Source: Phyllobates terribilis | Lineage: Eukaryota | DNA length: 64,000 nucleotides | Assembly (NCBI RefSeq): GCF_046119375.1 | Contig: NW_027362767.1 | Location: 264,926,001 to 264,990,000, forward strand | Direction of reading: 5' to 3' | In this document: positions 1 through 32,036 of the stretch, one piece after another | Numbering within the stretch: the stretch's first letter is position 1 | How the letters are laid out: each line of letters opens with the position of its first letter | The notes under the pieces: model-generated | What the model was told of the DNA's origin: nothing | Seen by the model: only the letters and a program-made list of their open reading frames with translations | The model's database searches: none | Made by a program: the position numbers and the translations under genes

Positions 1-3000
1 CTTTTTTCCAGTTTTATAATCCATTACACAGTAAAATAAATGAGGTCATTCAAAACTACAAGTCGTCCCGCAACAAATGAGCCCTGATACGGCTGTAACA
101 ACGGAAGAAAAAGTCATTGTTATTGAAAGATTGGGAGGAAAAAAAAAAAAGACGACGAAAACGCAAGAATAAAGAAGTGTCCTTAACCCAGAGCCTGTTT
201 TTGCCTTCGTGGCCGGGCCAATTATTTCAGTTCTGACCACTGTCACTTTATGAGGTAATTACTCTGGAACGCTTCAATGGATCCCCCTGATTGTGAGATT
301 GTTTTTTCGTGACATATTGTACTTCATGATTGTGGTAAAATTTCTCCGATATCACTTGCGTTTATTTGTGAAAAAAACAGAAATTTGGTGAAAATTTCGC
401 AATTTTCATGCCCTTAAATCAGAGAGATATGTCACACAAAATAGTTAATATCATTTCCCACATGTCTACTTTACATCAGCACAATTTTGGAACCAAAATT
501 TTTTTTTTGTTAGGAAGCTATAAGGGTTAAAAGTTGACCAGCGATTTCTCATTTTTCCAACAAAATTTACAAAAACTTTTTTAGGGACCACATCACATTT
601 GAAGTGACTTTGAGGGGTCTTTATGACAGAAAATACCCAAAAGTGACAATTCTAAAAACTTCACCACTCAAGGTGATCAAAACCACATTCAAGAACTTTA
701 ATAACCCTTCAGGTACTTCACGGGAAATTTTGGAATGTGGAAGAAAACAATGAATATTTAACTTTTTTTCACAAAAATGTTACTTTAGACCCCATTTTTT
801 TTTATTTTCACAAGGGTAACAGGAAAAAATGGAATACACAATTTGTAGTGCAATTTCTCTTGAGCACGCCGATATCCCATATGTGAGGGAAAACCACTGT
901 TTGGGTGCACGGCAGGGCTCGGAAGGGAGGGAGCGCCATTTGACTTTTTGAATGTAAAATTTGCTTGAATAATTGGCGGACGCCATTTTGCGTTTGGAGA
1001 CCCCCTGATGTGCCTAAACAGTGGAAACCCCCCACAAATGACCCCATTTTGGAAACTAGACCCCTTAGGGAACTTATCTAGATGTGTGGTGAGCACCTTG
1101 AACCCCAAGGTGCTTCACAGAAGTTTATAATATTGAGCCGTAAAAATAAAATGTTCACATTTTTCCCACAAAAATGTTTTTCATCCCACAATTTTGCATT
1201 ATCATAAGGGTAATAGGATAAATTGCACCATGCAATTTGTTGTACAATTTCTCCTGAGTACGTCGATACCCCATATGTGGGGGAAAACCACTGCTTTGGC
1301 ACATAGCAGGGCTTGGAAGAGAAAGGAGCGCTATGTTGGCTGGGAAAGGTTGCAGACACCATGTCACATTTGAAGAGTCGCTGACGTGCCGAAACAGCAG
1401 AAACCCTCACAAGTGACCCTATTTTGCAAACTACACCTCTCAAGGAATTCATCTAGGGAAGTAGTGAGTATTTTTTAATTTATACCATTGGGCAGTGAAG
1501 AAAAAATAATTATATTTTTATCACAAAAAAATTGTTTTAGCCTCAGATTTTACATTTTCACACAGGGCAATGGGTAAAAATGGTGCCGAAATGTGTCACA
1601 CAAATTCTTTTAAAAGTGATAATACCCCATATGTGGCTGTATAGTACCGCTCAGCCATATGGCGAGACCCGGGAGGGACGGAGCGCTATTTGACTCTTGG
1701 AGAACAAATTATTGTAGAATAGTTTGTGGACTCCATATACAGAGACCCTAAGTGCTAGAAGAGCAGAATCCCCCCTCAAGTGACCCCATTTTGGAAATTA
1801 CACCCCTTTGGGAATTTACCTACAGGTGTAGTGACTATTTTGACTCCATGGGTCTTTTCCAGAAACAAGCAGCAGTGGATGTTGCTGAGTGAAAATTTCA
1901 AACTGCCGTTGTAGTGACCAGTACATTGTAGTGACCAGTACGTTTTGACCAGCTCATGCTTCCGGAGACATGCATCTGTAATTTAGGCAAGCTCTCATCA
2001 AAATTTTCTGAATTTCTTTTGGGGGGCAAGGGCCATTTTGCTTTTCCAGAACCTCTGTACTACCAGTAACTTGGAAGTCCCTTATATTTTTAACAGATGA
2101 CAGACCCGAGTTGGGACTTGCTTTTTTTGAGGACTGAGTTGAAGCTTTTATTGGGAACATTTTACGTAACATTTATCCTGCGCTCTACGCCGAGCATTTA
2201 CATCGGGGTTTCCATCTAAATCTCCATGTGATGTAATTCAGATGAAACCCCCCTGGGATCCATTCACTATAATGAGGCAGCAGTTACTCTGGACTCCGTT
2301 TGGCCTCTGTTTAGCGGTGTCCTTTTTTTAAGAAGTGCACAAAACTGTGGCCAAAAGCACTTTTATGCACGCCTAAAAAAATTGACACCGTGGGATCACA
2401 GGCCAGACGGCGTCCACAGTGCCTCCATCTGCCTCATTACAGGGAATCTTCCGTCATGGGTTCTGTCTGAATATTTTATTTCAGAGATTTACACGGAAAC
2501 CCCGGTGTAAGCGCTCAGCGCAGGATAAATGTGAGCAGAGCCTTACTGCGATCATTGGGAGACATAATAAACAAATCAGCAGCAGGTGAAGAATTGGTTT
2601 TATTCATATTTTAAGCCGTTCCTAGTGCGGTATAAGTGATTAGACGACTTTATTCTTCAGGTCTGTGCGATTACAGCGATACCAGATTCATATCGGGTTT
2701 TTATTATTGACAGCTGTCACACACTAAAAGACGCTTTTTCTTGCAAAATCTAGTTTTTGCATCGCCATATTTTGAGAGCTATAATTTTTCCATAGTCATG
2801 TAAGGGCTTGTTTTTTGTGGGACGAGTTGACGTTTTTATTGGTACCATTTTTGGGTACGTGACATTTTTTGATCGCTTTCTATTCCATTTTTTGGGAGGT
2901 AAAATGAACAAAACCCAGCAATTCAGGATTTTTTTTTTTTTTTTTTATGCCGTTCTGCGTGTGGTAAAAGTGATAAGGCAGCTTTATTTTTCGGGTCAGT

Positions 3001-4011
3001 ACACTTATATAGTTTTTTTATATTTTGGCGCTTTTACACAATAAAACTGTTTTATAGAAAAAATAAAATTTTTTGCATCGCTTAATTCTGGGAACTATAA
3101 CTTTTTTAAATTTTTCGGCTGATGGAGCTGTATGGCGGCTTTTTTTTGCGGGACAAGATGACATTTTCAGCGGTACCATTTTTATTTCCATTTGGCTTTT
3201 TGATCACATTTTATTCCACTTTTTGTTTGGCGGTATGATGAAAAAGCATCGCTTTTTGCTCCGTTTTTTTAATATTTTTTATTTTTTTACGGTGTACACA
3301 GAAGGGGTTAAGTAGTGTGACAATTTTATAGATCGGGTTGTTCCGGACATGGAGATACCAAATATGTACTTTTTTTGTTTTTGCATAAATATACGGATTT
3401 ATTGGTTTAATTAATATATATATATTTTATTTTGTGATTTTTTTTTTAACAGTTTGAAAACAATTTTTAAATTTTTTTTTTTACATTTTTACTTAGCCCC
3501 TGTATGGGACTTCAATTTTTATTTTTATAGTCACTGTTCTCATGCAATGCAATAGACATGTATTGCATGAGAGCTGACAGTTTTACACTGTCAGTATCTC
3601 CTGCTAGACTTCAGCTGCAGGCTGAGCCTAGCAGGACACCGTGCATGGCAGACCCGGAGGTGGTCATGTGACCACCGGCAGCCATGACAACAACACGTCC
3701 TCTCAGACATCACGGGGGCTGTCGGAAAGGTAAGTGGACGACCCCCTCTCCTTTCACTATCTTCTAAATGCCGCAATAGCTATGGATCGCGGCATCTAGA
3801 AGATAGCAAAGGGTTAACATCATTGGGACCTGATCCAATCAGGTCCCGATGAAGTCCCCTGTCAGAGCTGTCGCTCTGCACCACACCCGCAGAGCTTGCA
3901 GGACCCTTGGGGTCCTGAGCGCTGCGGGACCACCGACTGTTTTTAAATGTCGGCGCTGCACAGAGCCCAGTCAGCGCCGACGTTTATATACAGTGAGCGG
4001 TCGGGAAGCGG
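1..4011. mobile_element. Large non-autonomous DNA-transposon-like repeat with a TTAA-flanked terminus (piggyBac-like end); left end outside the window
   Basis: Ends ...GGTCGGGAAGCGG followed by TTAA (4012-4015). Internal ~370-bp-spaced repeats of CAARTGACCCYATTTTG(G/C)AAA at ~1040, ~1410 and ~1780. AT-rich with no coding motif. Lies in MAN1B1 intron 6. Superfamily assignment is inference. Confidence 0.55.
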
Positions 4012-4104
4012 TTAAAGGGTTAGAAGCTCTGAAACTTTCTAATACATGTAGCAAACCCTCAGCTGTGAGACTACTACCCCCCACATCCTCAAGATGGCTG
4101 GACC

Positions 4105-4295
4105 ATCATTGTATATAAGCACCTGTACTTTGTGTCACCCCCACCTCATTGTAGAGTGTAAGCTCTTACGAGCAGGGTCGTCATTATTTTTGCAATAATT
4201 ATTGTATTATCTTTAACTGTTACTTATGACTGTTGTATATGAACCTCTGAATTGTAAAGCGCTGCAGAATATGTTGGCGCTATATAAATAGAGAT
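4105..4295 (+). mobile_element. L2-clade LINE 3' tail fragment
   Basis: TGTAAGCTCTT..GAGCAGGG ... TTGTAAAGCGCTGCAGAATATGTTGGCGCTATATAAATA, same architecture as the L2 3' end at 49600-49760. Confidence 0.6.
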
Positions 4296-4421
4296 CATTT
4301 TTACGTAGGACAGGACTCATTTTCAGGCAGCTGGATGTAAACGAGAACGTTTCCATTTACGGTCAACAAGCAGAGATCTTGCAGACAGTGAATGCAAACA
4401 CGCGGGGTTTTACAAGCTCAC

Positions 4422-4607
4422 CTTCTTTCAAGCCAAGGATCCACATGGTGTCCAGAGCATCTATGAGGGTGAGACCGAGTCCAAACCATTCACTGTAGGA
4501 TTTGGAGATGGGTTTCAGCTCGTCGTGGCCCCAGGCGAACTGCTTGTAGCCCATCCAGGCGTGTCGGAAAGCCTCGATGACGGCCTCCTGCCGCTCGCTG
4601 ATCGGGA
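4422..4607 (-). CDS. MAN1B1: MAN1B1 coding exon 6 (start of GH47 catalytic domain)
   Basis: CTCCTAG acceptor, GTGAGC donor, 186 bp; encodes AWGHDELKP and [16 protein letters not shown]. Confidence 0.96.
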
Positions 4608-7600
4608 CTAGGAGAGCACGACAGGTTACGTTAGGCAGCAGAGAAACAGTTTGGCTACTTTATCACCACTTTGTGCATTAATCCCTCCATTATTGAGGTC
4701 ACTGCTTGCTGTCAATGAATGGGAACATTCATAGGATACACTGTCACACACTGTATTAGGTGGAAACGATCAGACCCTTTTTGAAGTATCTGATGTTATA
4801 TACTAAATAACTCCGTACACGGACAGCAAGCAGAAATACTGAAAATGAGGGTGTTAAAAACGAGATACGGTACAAACCTGTAATTACTTACACGGTAATC
4901 ATTTATTACCATGGATCACGTAAAACCATTTCCTACCTGGCTCCTTTTCCTCGGGGACATTCTGGGGAGGGGGCTTCGTGGGCTCCGGGGCTTTGTTTGG
5001 TGTTGGGGCCAATGTCTGGACGGGTTCTATCACTGCTCCTCTCCAACTGCAAAAATACACAGAGATCTTGAATGTAATGGGCCAATGGAGGAGCACTTAA
5101 AGGGCCATACACTGCCAAATATCAGCAACATAGTTAAGGCTCTGACCCGCTCCCGGATCTGCAGAGTTTTTCCGCTACCTGATGACTGGCTGCTGGTTAT
5201 CTGCCTCCTCCGGTCGCTGCTCGTTATCTTCCACCTTTTGGCTCTTGCTGGGGGGTGGCTGTAGGTTCGGTGGTCCACGCTTATTTGGTCTACGTGGCTT
5301 CTATTAAAAAAAAAAAAAAGGAACATGAAATTAAGATATATAATGAGACCCCATGCTGATACTGGGCCCCCTGGTAACTCTGCTGTACCGGCAGCTGGGG
5401 CGGTGGTGGAGGCTTTGCAATCTTGTCATCTGGGTGTTCTGCTTGCTTGGGGGCTGGTAATACGGCCGGGTGTGCGGGGATAAAGCCGGGCACGTCACGG
5501 TCCTCATTACCTCCATCTATCTGGCTCGTCAGACCTAAGAACAGACAGTACTAAGTGATTACAGACAACTCATCACCCCTCAATCTGCAGCCACTGCCAG
5601 AGTAAGGGATGTACAGGGCATCATCCCAAAAATAAGAAGACACACTCTGCTTTCAAAAAAATATTTGAGTGGTTACAACAACTACTGGGCTTTTATAGGC
5701 TGAATCCAGCAGGAGCACATCTGTGACAGCCAGAACGTACACAGCGCCATCTACTGCACTACAGCCATACATTAGCTCTATGACAACTCTGATGCCCCTG
5801 TTACAGATGCCACATAGAAGGAATCTACTCCGGAGCTGCACTCACCATTCTGCTGGCGGAGTCACTGTGTATATACATTACTTATCCTGTATTCTACTCC
5901 AGCGCTGCACTCACTATTCTGCTGGTGCAGTCACTGTGTACATACATTACATTACTTATCCTGCACTGATCCTGAGTTACCTCCTGTATTATACTCCAGA
6001 GCTGCACTCACTATTCTGCTGGTGCAGTCACTGTGTACATACATTACATTATTTATCCTGCACTGATCCTGAGTTAAGTCCTGTATTATACTCCAGAGCT
6101 GCACTCACTATTCTGCTGGTGCAGTCACTGTGTACATACATTACATTACTGATCCTGAGTTACATCCTGTATTATACTCCAGTGCTGCACTCACTATTCT
6201 GCTGGTGCAGTCACTGTGTACATACATTACATTAATTATCCTGTACTGATCCTGAGTTACATCCTGTATTCTACTCCAGAGCTGCACTCACTATTCTGCT
6301 GGTGCAGTCACTGTGTACATACATTACATTACTGATCCTGTACTGATCCTGAGTTACATCCTGTATTCTACTCCAGAGCTGCACTCACTATTCTGCTGGT
6401 GCAGTCACTGTGTACATACATTACATTACTGATCCTGTACTGATCCTGAGTTACATCCTGTATTCTACTCCAGCGCTGCACTCACTATTCTGCTGGTGCA
6501 GTCACTGTGTACATACATTACATTACTGATCCTGTACTGATCCTGAGTTACATCCTGTATTATACGCCAGAGCTGCACTCACTATTCTGCTGGTGCAGTC
6601 ACTGTGTACATACATTACATTACTTATCCTGTACTGATCCTGAGTTACATCCTGGATTATACTCCAGAGCTGCACTCACTATTCTGCTGGTGCAGTCACT
6701 GTATACATTACATTACTTATTCTGTACTGATCCCGAGTTACATCCTGGATTATACTCCAGAGCGGAACTTCCTGTGGAGTCACCATGTGCAGAGTGCAGC
6801 TCTGGAGTACAATGCAGGATATAATGTATGTACACAGTGAATATTGCAGTACTGCTGTGTGTGATAAATGGATTTCCTGCGGATGTCACTTACTCTTCCA
6901 GTGCTCGCCCAGGTTGGAGAAGGACACGACCCCACAGACGGCCAGTAACGTGCACAGGAAGAGGATGATGCTGCGCTGCAACCTCGACAGCTGCTTCCAT
7001 TTCTGGAAAACAAGACAGTAAACATGAGCTCCTAGAGGCGCGGGCCAGCAGCCATCACCACTTACTACGGAGTATAAGGGATACATTAATAATGAACTCT
7101 GCTCTCCCGCCAATATAGCAACCAGCAGTCTGTACATAACAGCGCCCCCACATCCAGAGGATACACAATGCATCACACCTGACTACCTGCACTGATGACT
7201 GCTTTCTCCCAGAAGAGACCTCAAATGGGGCCCAAATACGACAAGCGCTATAACAGGGTGGAGCCTGCACACTGGACCCAAAGCCTCATGTCTCAGGGGT
7301 GTCACTGGGGTTTTCAGTTGTAGGACTGAGGGGGAAGGTGGGGGAAGGGACTCTGTTGTTGCAATATTAAGGGGGGGGGGGGTCTCTGGGACTGCAGTAT
7401 TGGATGGGGGGGGGTCTCTGGGGTTAACGTATTGGGTGCAGGGTGTCAGTATTAGGTGGGGGTCTCTGCACTGTGTGGGGGCTGTAGGCTCACAGTACTG
7501 GGTATGGGTTCTGGGGTTGCAGTATTGGGTGGGTGTCTGGAGGCCTCAGTATTGGGTGGAGAATCTCTGGGGTCTCAGTATAGGATAGGGGATCTCTGGG

Positions 7601-8617
7601 ATTGCAGTTTTGGGAAGGCTCTGGGGTCACAGTACTGGGTGACTGTCTGGGGGTCGCAGCACTGGATGTGGGGCTCTGGGTTCTCAGTATTGGGTGGTTG
7701 TCTGGTGGTCGCAGCACTGGATGTGGGGCTCTGGGGTCTCAGTATTGGGTGGTTGTCTGGTGGTCGCAGCACTGGATGTGGGGCTCTGGGGTCTCAGTAT
7801 TGGGTGGTTGTCTGGGGGGGTCGCAGCACTGGATGTGGGGCTCTGGGGTCACAGTATTGGGTGGCTGGGGGTCGCAGCACTGGATGTGGGGCTCTGGGAT
7901 CTCAGTATTGGGTGGTTGTCTGGGGGTCGGAACAGTGGATGTGGGGCTCTGGGGTCACAGTATTGGGTGGTTCTCTGGGGGGTCGCAGCACTGGATGTGC
8001 GGCTCTGGGGTCACAGTATTGGGTGGTTGTCTGGGGGGTCGCAGCACTGGATGTGGGGCTCTGGGGTCTCAGTATTGGATGGTTGTCTGGGGGGTCGCAG
8101 CACTGGATGTGGGGCTCTGGGGTCTCAGTATTGGATGGTTGTCTGGGGGGTCGCAGCACTGGATGTGGGGCTCTGGGGTCACAGTATTAGGGGGCTCTGG
8201 GGTCGCAGCACTGGAGTGGGGCTCTGGGGGGACGCAGCACTGGATGTGGGGCTCTGGGGGTCACAGTCTCCCCTCCATCCTGTGATCCTCAGCATACGTT
8301 ACTCGGTTACAGGTCACTTGTGACATCTGGACAACCACTGAGCAGTAAGAGATGATACTGCCCTAGAACAAGGGCCCCTGACATATAGGGCCCCAGAAGA
8401 AGAAGCAATGCCCCCTGGGGGCCACAATCCCCTAATATCACGGATTGGTGTGGGCTCATTAACCCTTTCCCTCCCCTCCCAGTAACAGGTGTCATTAACC
8501 CCTCCTCACCCGCCAGCACGACCTCCGCCTCCAGTTCTTGCTGTTGTTGTAGCCGCCGCTGCCGTCCGGGTGGATGAGGGTTACGGACATGAAGTCCCGG
8601 CGCTGCGGGGCGTACAT
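4422..8617 (-). CDS. MAN1B1: ER mannosyl-oligosaccharide 1,2-alpha-mannosidase (GH47), coding exons 1-6; gene continues left of the window
   Basis: join(complement 8510-8617, 6894-7002, 5389-5534, 5179-5300, 4937-5046, 4422-4607), all GT-AG with consistent phases. Translation [14 protein letters not shown]...[34 protein letters not shown] (type II TM)...RGPPNLQ...[11 protein letters not shown]...[46 protein letters not shown] matches the MAN1B1 signature. Confidence 0.96.
4937..5046 (-). CDS. MAN1B1: MAN1B1 coding exon 5
   Basis: TTTTGCAG acceptor, GTAGGA donor, 110 bp; WRGAVIEP. Confidence 0.92.
5179..5300 (-). CDS. MAN1B1: MAN1B1 coding exon 4
   Basis: Poly-T/AATAG acceptor, GTAGCG donor; [14 protein letters not shown]...QPVIS. 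Confidence 0.88.
5389..5534 (-). CDS. MAN1B1: MAN1B1 coding exon 3
   Basis: GTTCTTAG acceptor; [13 protein letters not shown] resembles human PANPPVLPAPQKA. The donor CCG/GTACAG is inferred from the required phase 0 and leaves an 88-bp intron. Confidence 0.78.
5825..6845. repeat. ~97-bp minisatellite (about 10 copies) ending in an inverted partial copy, MAN1B1 intron 2
   Basis: Unit GCTGCACTCACTATTCTGCTGGTGCAGTCACTGTGTACATACATTACATTACTTATCCTGTACTGATCCTGAGTTACATCCTGTATTATACTCCAGA. Reverse-complement copy at ~6793-6841. Confidence 0.95.
6894..7002 (-). CDS. MAN1B1: MAN1B1 coding exon 2 (transmembrane anchor)
   Basis: TTTTCCAG acceptor, GTAAGT donor, 109 bp; [10 protein letters not shown]. Confidence 0.95.
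7390..8265. repeat. ~57-bp G-rich minisatellite, MAN1B1 intron 1
   Basis: Unit GGGTCGCAGCACTGGATGTGGGGCTCTGGGGTCTCAGTATTGGGTGGTTGTCTGGGG, degenerate at the left end. Confidence 0.95.
8510..8617 (-). CDS. MAN1B1: MAN1B1 coding exon 1
   Basis: GCGGCC-ATG start at 8617, GTGAGG donor at 8509, 36 codons. Confidence 0.93.
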
Positions 8618-8850
8618 GGCCGCTGTGCTTTACCCTCTCCCCATGCCAAGCTACCCCGGAGAAGGAGGAACAACTCTAGGGAGGTGCGGGAACTACAGCC
8701 CGGGGCTACGGCCTACCCCTCCATGTAAACAAGCTGACAAGTGCCATGCGGGGTAACTGCGCATGCGTGGCGAGAGCACGGCGGCCTCTAGCGACCAGCT
8801 GTCACTCCGGAGCCGCCATTTTGGATGAGGGCACTTTCCATTACCGCCGC
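8618..8850 (-). promoter_or_regulatory. CpG-rich MAN1B1 promoter/5' leader with NRF1-like and YY1-like motifs
   Basis: TGCGCATGCG at 8758-8767 (NRF1 core). GCCGCCATTTTG at 8812-8823 (YY1; CAAAATGGCGGC on the gene strand). Local CpG enrichment. Confidence 0.6.
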
Positions 8851-11688
8851 TGCTGACTCAGTGGTTAAGTACATCTTATGTCCGAAATGAGGAGATAGTG
8901 ATCAAGAAATGGACAAGTATATATTACTGGTGTTTTTTAAAAAACAGCGCGATACTAACCATGCAGCTTTCCACAGCAACCAATCAGGTCACTGCTTTCC
9001 TTAAAAAAATAGATGTGTAGTACTATGTGCAACTGCCGAGTTCTCCATTTGTTGGCTTATTCATCCGAAAACATAAAAATGGTCCAAAAGTATGAACTGC
9101 GATTGTTGCCCAGAGTGACCAATCACAACGCGGCTTTCAAGAGCAGAATAAGATGAACGCTGCGTGCTGATTGGTTGCTATGGGCAACATCTTCCCCATG
9201 GTACTAGGCCCAGACCCTCTTGTTCCACTGAATGGAATCTACATTATCACTTATATATGTTTGCTGGGGAGTGAAGCCGATGGGTTGCCATGAACCCCAA
9301 AATGGTCGTAATAAAAAATGTCACCTTGACAGGCACAAAACAAGCCCCCACACAGCTCCACCAGGGACAAATACAACTATGATGGCTCTTGGATGAAGGG
9401 GGTGGGGCAGTGGTTGCACATGCTCAGTAGGGGACATTGGGACCCCAGTTCTTATGGGTAGTAGGGGTCCTGTGGATAAGTGACATATATTATGTGATAA
9501 CCCCTTTAACTTTTCATATTTCAGATGTAACATGAGGACGTTTCAAGGTTTCACAGGGCTATATACCACCATAAACTAGCCTGAATGAAACCAAGGAAAG
9601 CCATGGCAGCCATACTTGCGCTGAGGATGGTACAGCCGTGCAATATGCCATCATTCCTTGCTCTCTGCAGCCCATTTTCAGCTTCACCTTTCATGCACCT
9701 TGATATAATGAATAGGTTTGCACCCACATCTCCATCATTGCAGTGTATGTAGCTCTCCGCCAGGCATGCTGGGAGTTGTAGTCCCGCACATGTTGGACAC
9801 CCTCCGAGCCCTGCAGCGACTGCCACAAGCTGCTGATCCTCTTTAGTCTCTGATTCTGGAAGCAGACAATGAGCTGGATGCACGGTAGTCACTGTGAGGA
9901 GGAGGAACCACAATTGTGTGAGTCCGCCCCATCCACCATTGTAACCGGCTCTATAAACTATGACAAACAGTTCTGCAGCTTTCAGATTTTTGCCAGTTTT
10001 CTGCAAAAACATGCAACTTTTTGAATGAGGCTTCATTTAAAGAGCTCTGCTTGCTGTCAGAGAACATTTACTGAACCGCTATCCTGACATACCTCTCACA
10101 GCTGAGGGTTTGTTGTAATTGCATCATGTATCCCATCATGAAGAGAGGTCATCAGTACCCCACAACAACCCATTATGATCTGTGGGGTCCGACTTCTAGG
10201 ATCCATCCCCACCGCTCCTGAAAATGAAGACTTATCGCTGCAGACCTAAGTTTTCCCTGCACAACGGCACCAGACACCAACCCACATAGGAAACTGCTAC
10301 CGGCCGCATTCACCTGAATGGTGGGAAAGAGGGGATTCAGCACTGTTCCCCTTCACAGACAGGTTAGTTAGCAGTCCAAACTCTCACCTATCAGAAAGCA
10401 ATAGCATATCCTAGCAATATACCCATGTTGAGTACGATAGCTCCGAACATCATGAACAGGAAAGTACCAGTCTCCTTAGGACCCAGAGCAGCTCGATCAG
10501 ATCAGTCAGGGACTGGACATACAGTTGTCGACTGTGTGATAAATGGACGAGCTGAAATCCCCCTTCATCTGGTAAGGGGATGTCTTCATGAACCAACACT
10601 GTATGAGCTGTGCTTCTCTGTAACATCCAGTTGGCACTTTACGGAGCCATATGCCTCGTATGATGGCAGTTCCCCAATAGGAACATGTTCACAAGCATCA
10701 GATTTGTTGCAGCCGTTTCCTACATCAGGTTTCTGCAGCAGGTGCATGGATTTCTTTTAGCCCCATACAGAAGACTAACACAGTCGTGGAAATTTCTGCA
10801 ATAAATCTGCCCTGTAATCCCATAGAATGGACGCCAGGGATAAATTTTGTGCATGAGAAAAGAACACGACCCAATATCAAGAATCAGTCTCCAGTTTATT
10901 GGAACATCTTGGAATTAGAGCGGATAGGGCAGGATTCACTTCTTTGGTCTTGTGCCCACAACGCTGCCAGGTGTGCCAACAAATAATATCCTGACTGATG
11001 AACGGCAGCACTTTATGGCACTGTCAGTGCAATTCCTATAATCCAGCATTTGATAATTCAGAAAAGTAAATATCATGTCTGGACTGCGGTAATGGAATAT
11101 ACCACTTTATCACTTCATCTGTAATTTCATACTGTACCCATTTCCTTACGCCCTCCCCATGGATCTGGACTTTGTAAAAGGCGGTGGGTTTTAGCAAGTC
11201 CCCGTAGGTAATTGGGGTGACGCAACACACCAGTCCTCAATGGACGCACAAATTATGCAGTTTTGCTATTACCAATGTTTGTTTCTGACCCAAGCAGGAT
11301 GCAGCAGCTGTGTCTAGCTATCAGTGTGGGTTGTGAAGGGACAAAGTCTGCTACTGCATCGCCGCTGATCTGCTGACACGGTATCAGTATTGTATTTGTG
11401 GCTGCAACTGACATAGCATTTACTAAAGTCTGTCCTAAGAAAGAGGGCATTTTACACAATTTATATAAAAGCAAGCATGTGGCAGTCTGAGGTCCTCCAC
11501 CTACCTCAGCAGATACTTAGACTGCTGTTCTCATACTCCTCCATGCTTTACACTGCAGCTCTGCTTATTCAGGTTGGATGATGGAGGAGGTAAGAGCATG
11601 GGGAGAGGTTTTGAAGCAAGAACAGAAAATTATAAATGAGAGGTAGTGAGAAATGTTGCATTGAGTAGAGGTGGAAAGAAGCCTGTAA

Positions 11689-12074
11689 GGCTATGTGCCC
11701 ACGTTGCATTTATGAAGCAGAAAATTTCTGCTGCATAAATGCAAGTCCTCTCCCGGAAAAACGCATGCGGAATTCCGCACGCGTTTATCGCGCATTTTTC
11801 GCGCGTTTATCACGTTTTCCACATGCGGAATTGCCTTGCGTTTTTTATGCATTGGACAAAGGCAATTCCGCTTGCGGCAACGCAAAATTAAATGACATGC
11901 TGCGGATTTTTGAACGCGGCATAAACGCTGCAGAAAAATCCGCAGCATGTGCATAGAACTTGCGGAATCCCATTGGGGACCATGGGGTGCGGATATACAT
12001 GCGTTTTTCAAGCGTTTACGCTGCGGAAATTCCGCAGCATATACGCTTGAAAAATGCTACGTGGGCACACAGCC
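11689..12074. mobile_element. Palindromic MITE (T2/Kolobok-like)
   Basis: Terminal inverted repeats GGCTATGTGCCCACGT / ACGTGGGCACACAGCC and an internally self-complementary body; lies in the probable UAP1L1 3' UTR. Confidence 0.75.
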
Positions 12075-12361
12075 TAAATCCTCCTTAAGGGGTCCTGTCA
12101 ATCTACCTAATATCAGGGTGATGTGAATACAGAGCTACAGTATTCACACCACCCATTGATTGTCCTAAAATGTATACCATGTGTGGATGATGTCCAGCAC
12201 CAACGTCGATGGTGACCTCCTTCATTTTTGGTTTTATAGTAATTTGCTGACACATAAGGCAGTGATTCTCAGTCCTCGCACACCGCCGGGTGGTGACGGA
12301 TCATAAGGCACAAGGACTCCTCTGCATGCCCACCATGCAGGGATTAGCTCTTCATTTCTTC

Positions 12362-31731
<19,370 letters not shown>

Positions 31732-32030
31732 GGCGCCGGTCCGTTACTATGGAAACTGGAGAGACTGCGGAGCCCCCCGGTAACTATGGAGACCAGAAGT
31801 TCACTGAACACTTGAGGAACCCGGAGCTGGGGGCGGAGACAGGCGGAACTGCGGGGGGCGGGCTCTGTGGCGTCACGTGACGAGCTTTCCATATGAATGC
31901 ACTGGGCGGGAACCTCGTGCAGCAGATGAGGTCTGAGGTAAATCTGTCTCCAGCGGCGGCTGCTCCGAGGGGAGCGGGTGTGTGGGGAGGTCACGTGTCC
32001 AAGTCTTACCCCCCCTATCTAGTCTCAGAG
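31732..32030 (-). promoter_or_regulatory. UAP1L1 CpG-rich promoter with a CLEAR/USF E-box palindrome and RFX X-box-like motifs
   Basis: CGTCACGTGACG 31871-31882; GTCACGTG 31990-31997; GTTACTATGGAAAC 31743-31756; GTAACTATGGAGAC 31780-31793; GC boxes near 31830-31862. Confidence 0.65.
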
Positions 32031-32036
32031 TTACAG

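Noticed and set aside
7400-8323. Gly/Trp-rich ORFs of 209-244 aa
   Set aside because: Products of the 57-bp intronic minisatellite.
9165-9190. RFX X-box/CCAAT-like CTGATTGGTTGCTATGGGCAAC upstream of MAN1B1
   Set aside because: As I recall, this string is a common component of dispersed frog MITEs, so it cannot be called regulatory from sequence alone.
10895-10900. AATAAA on the minus strand as the UAP1L1 poly(A) signal
   Set aside because: Plausible (about 1.5-kb 3' UTR), but it cannot be distinguished from chance hexamers without transcript data.
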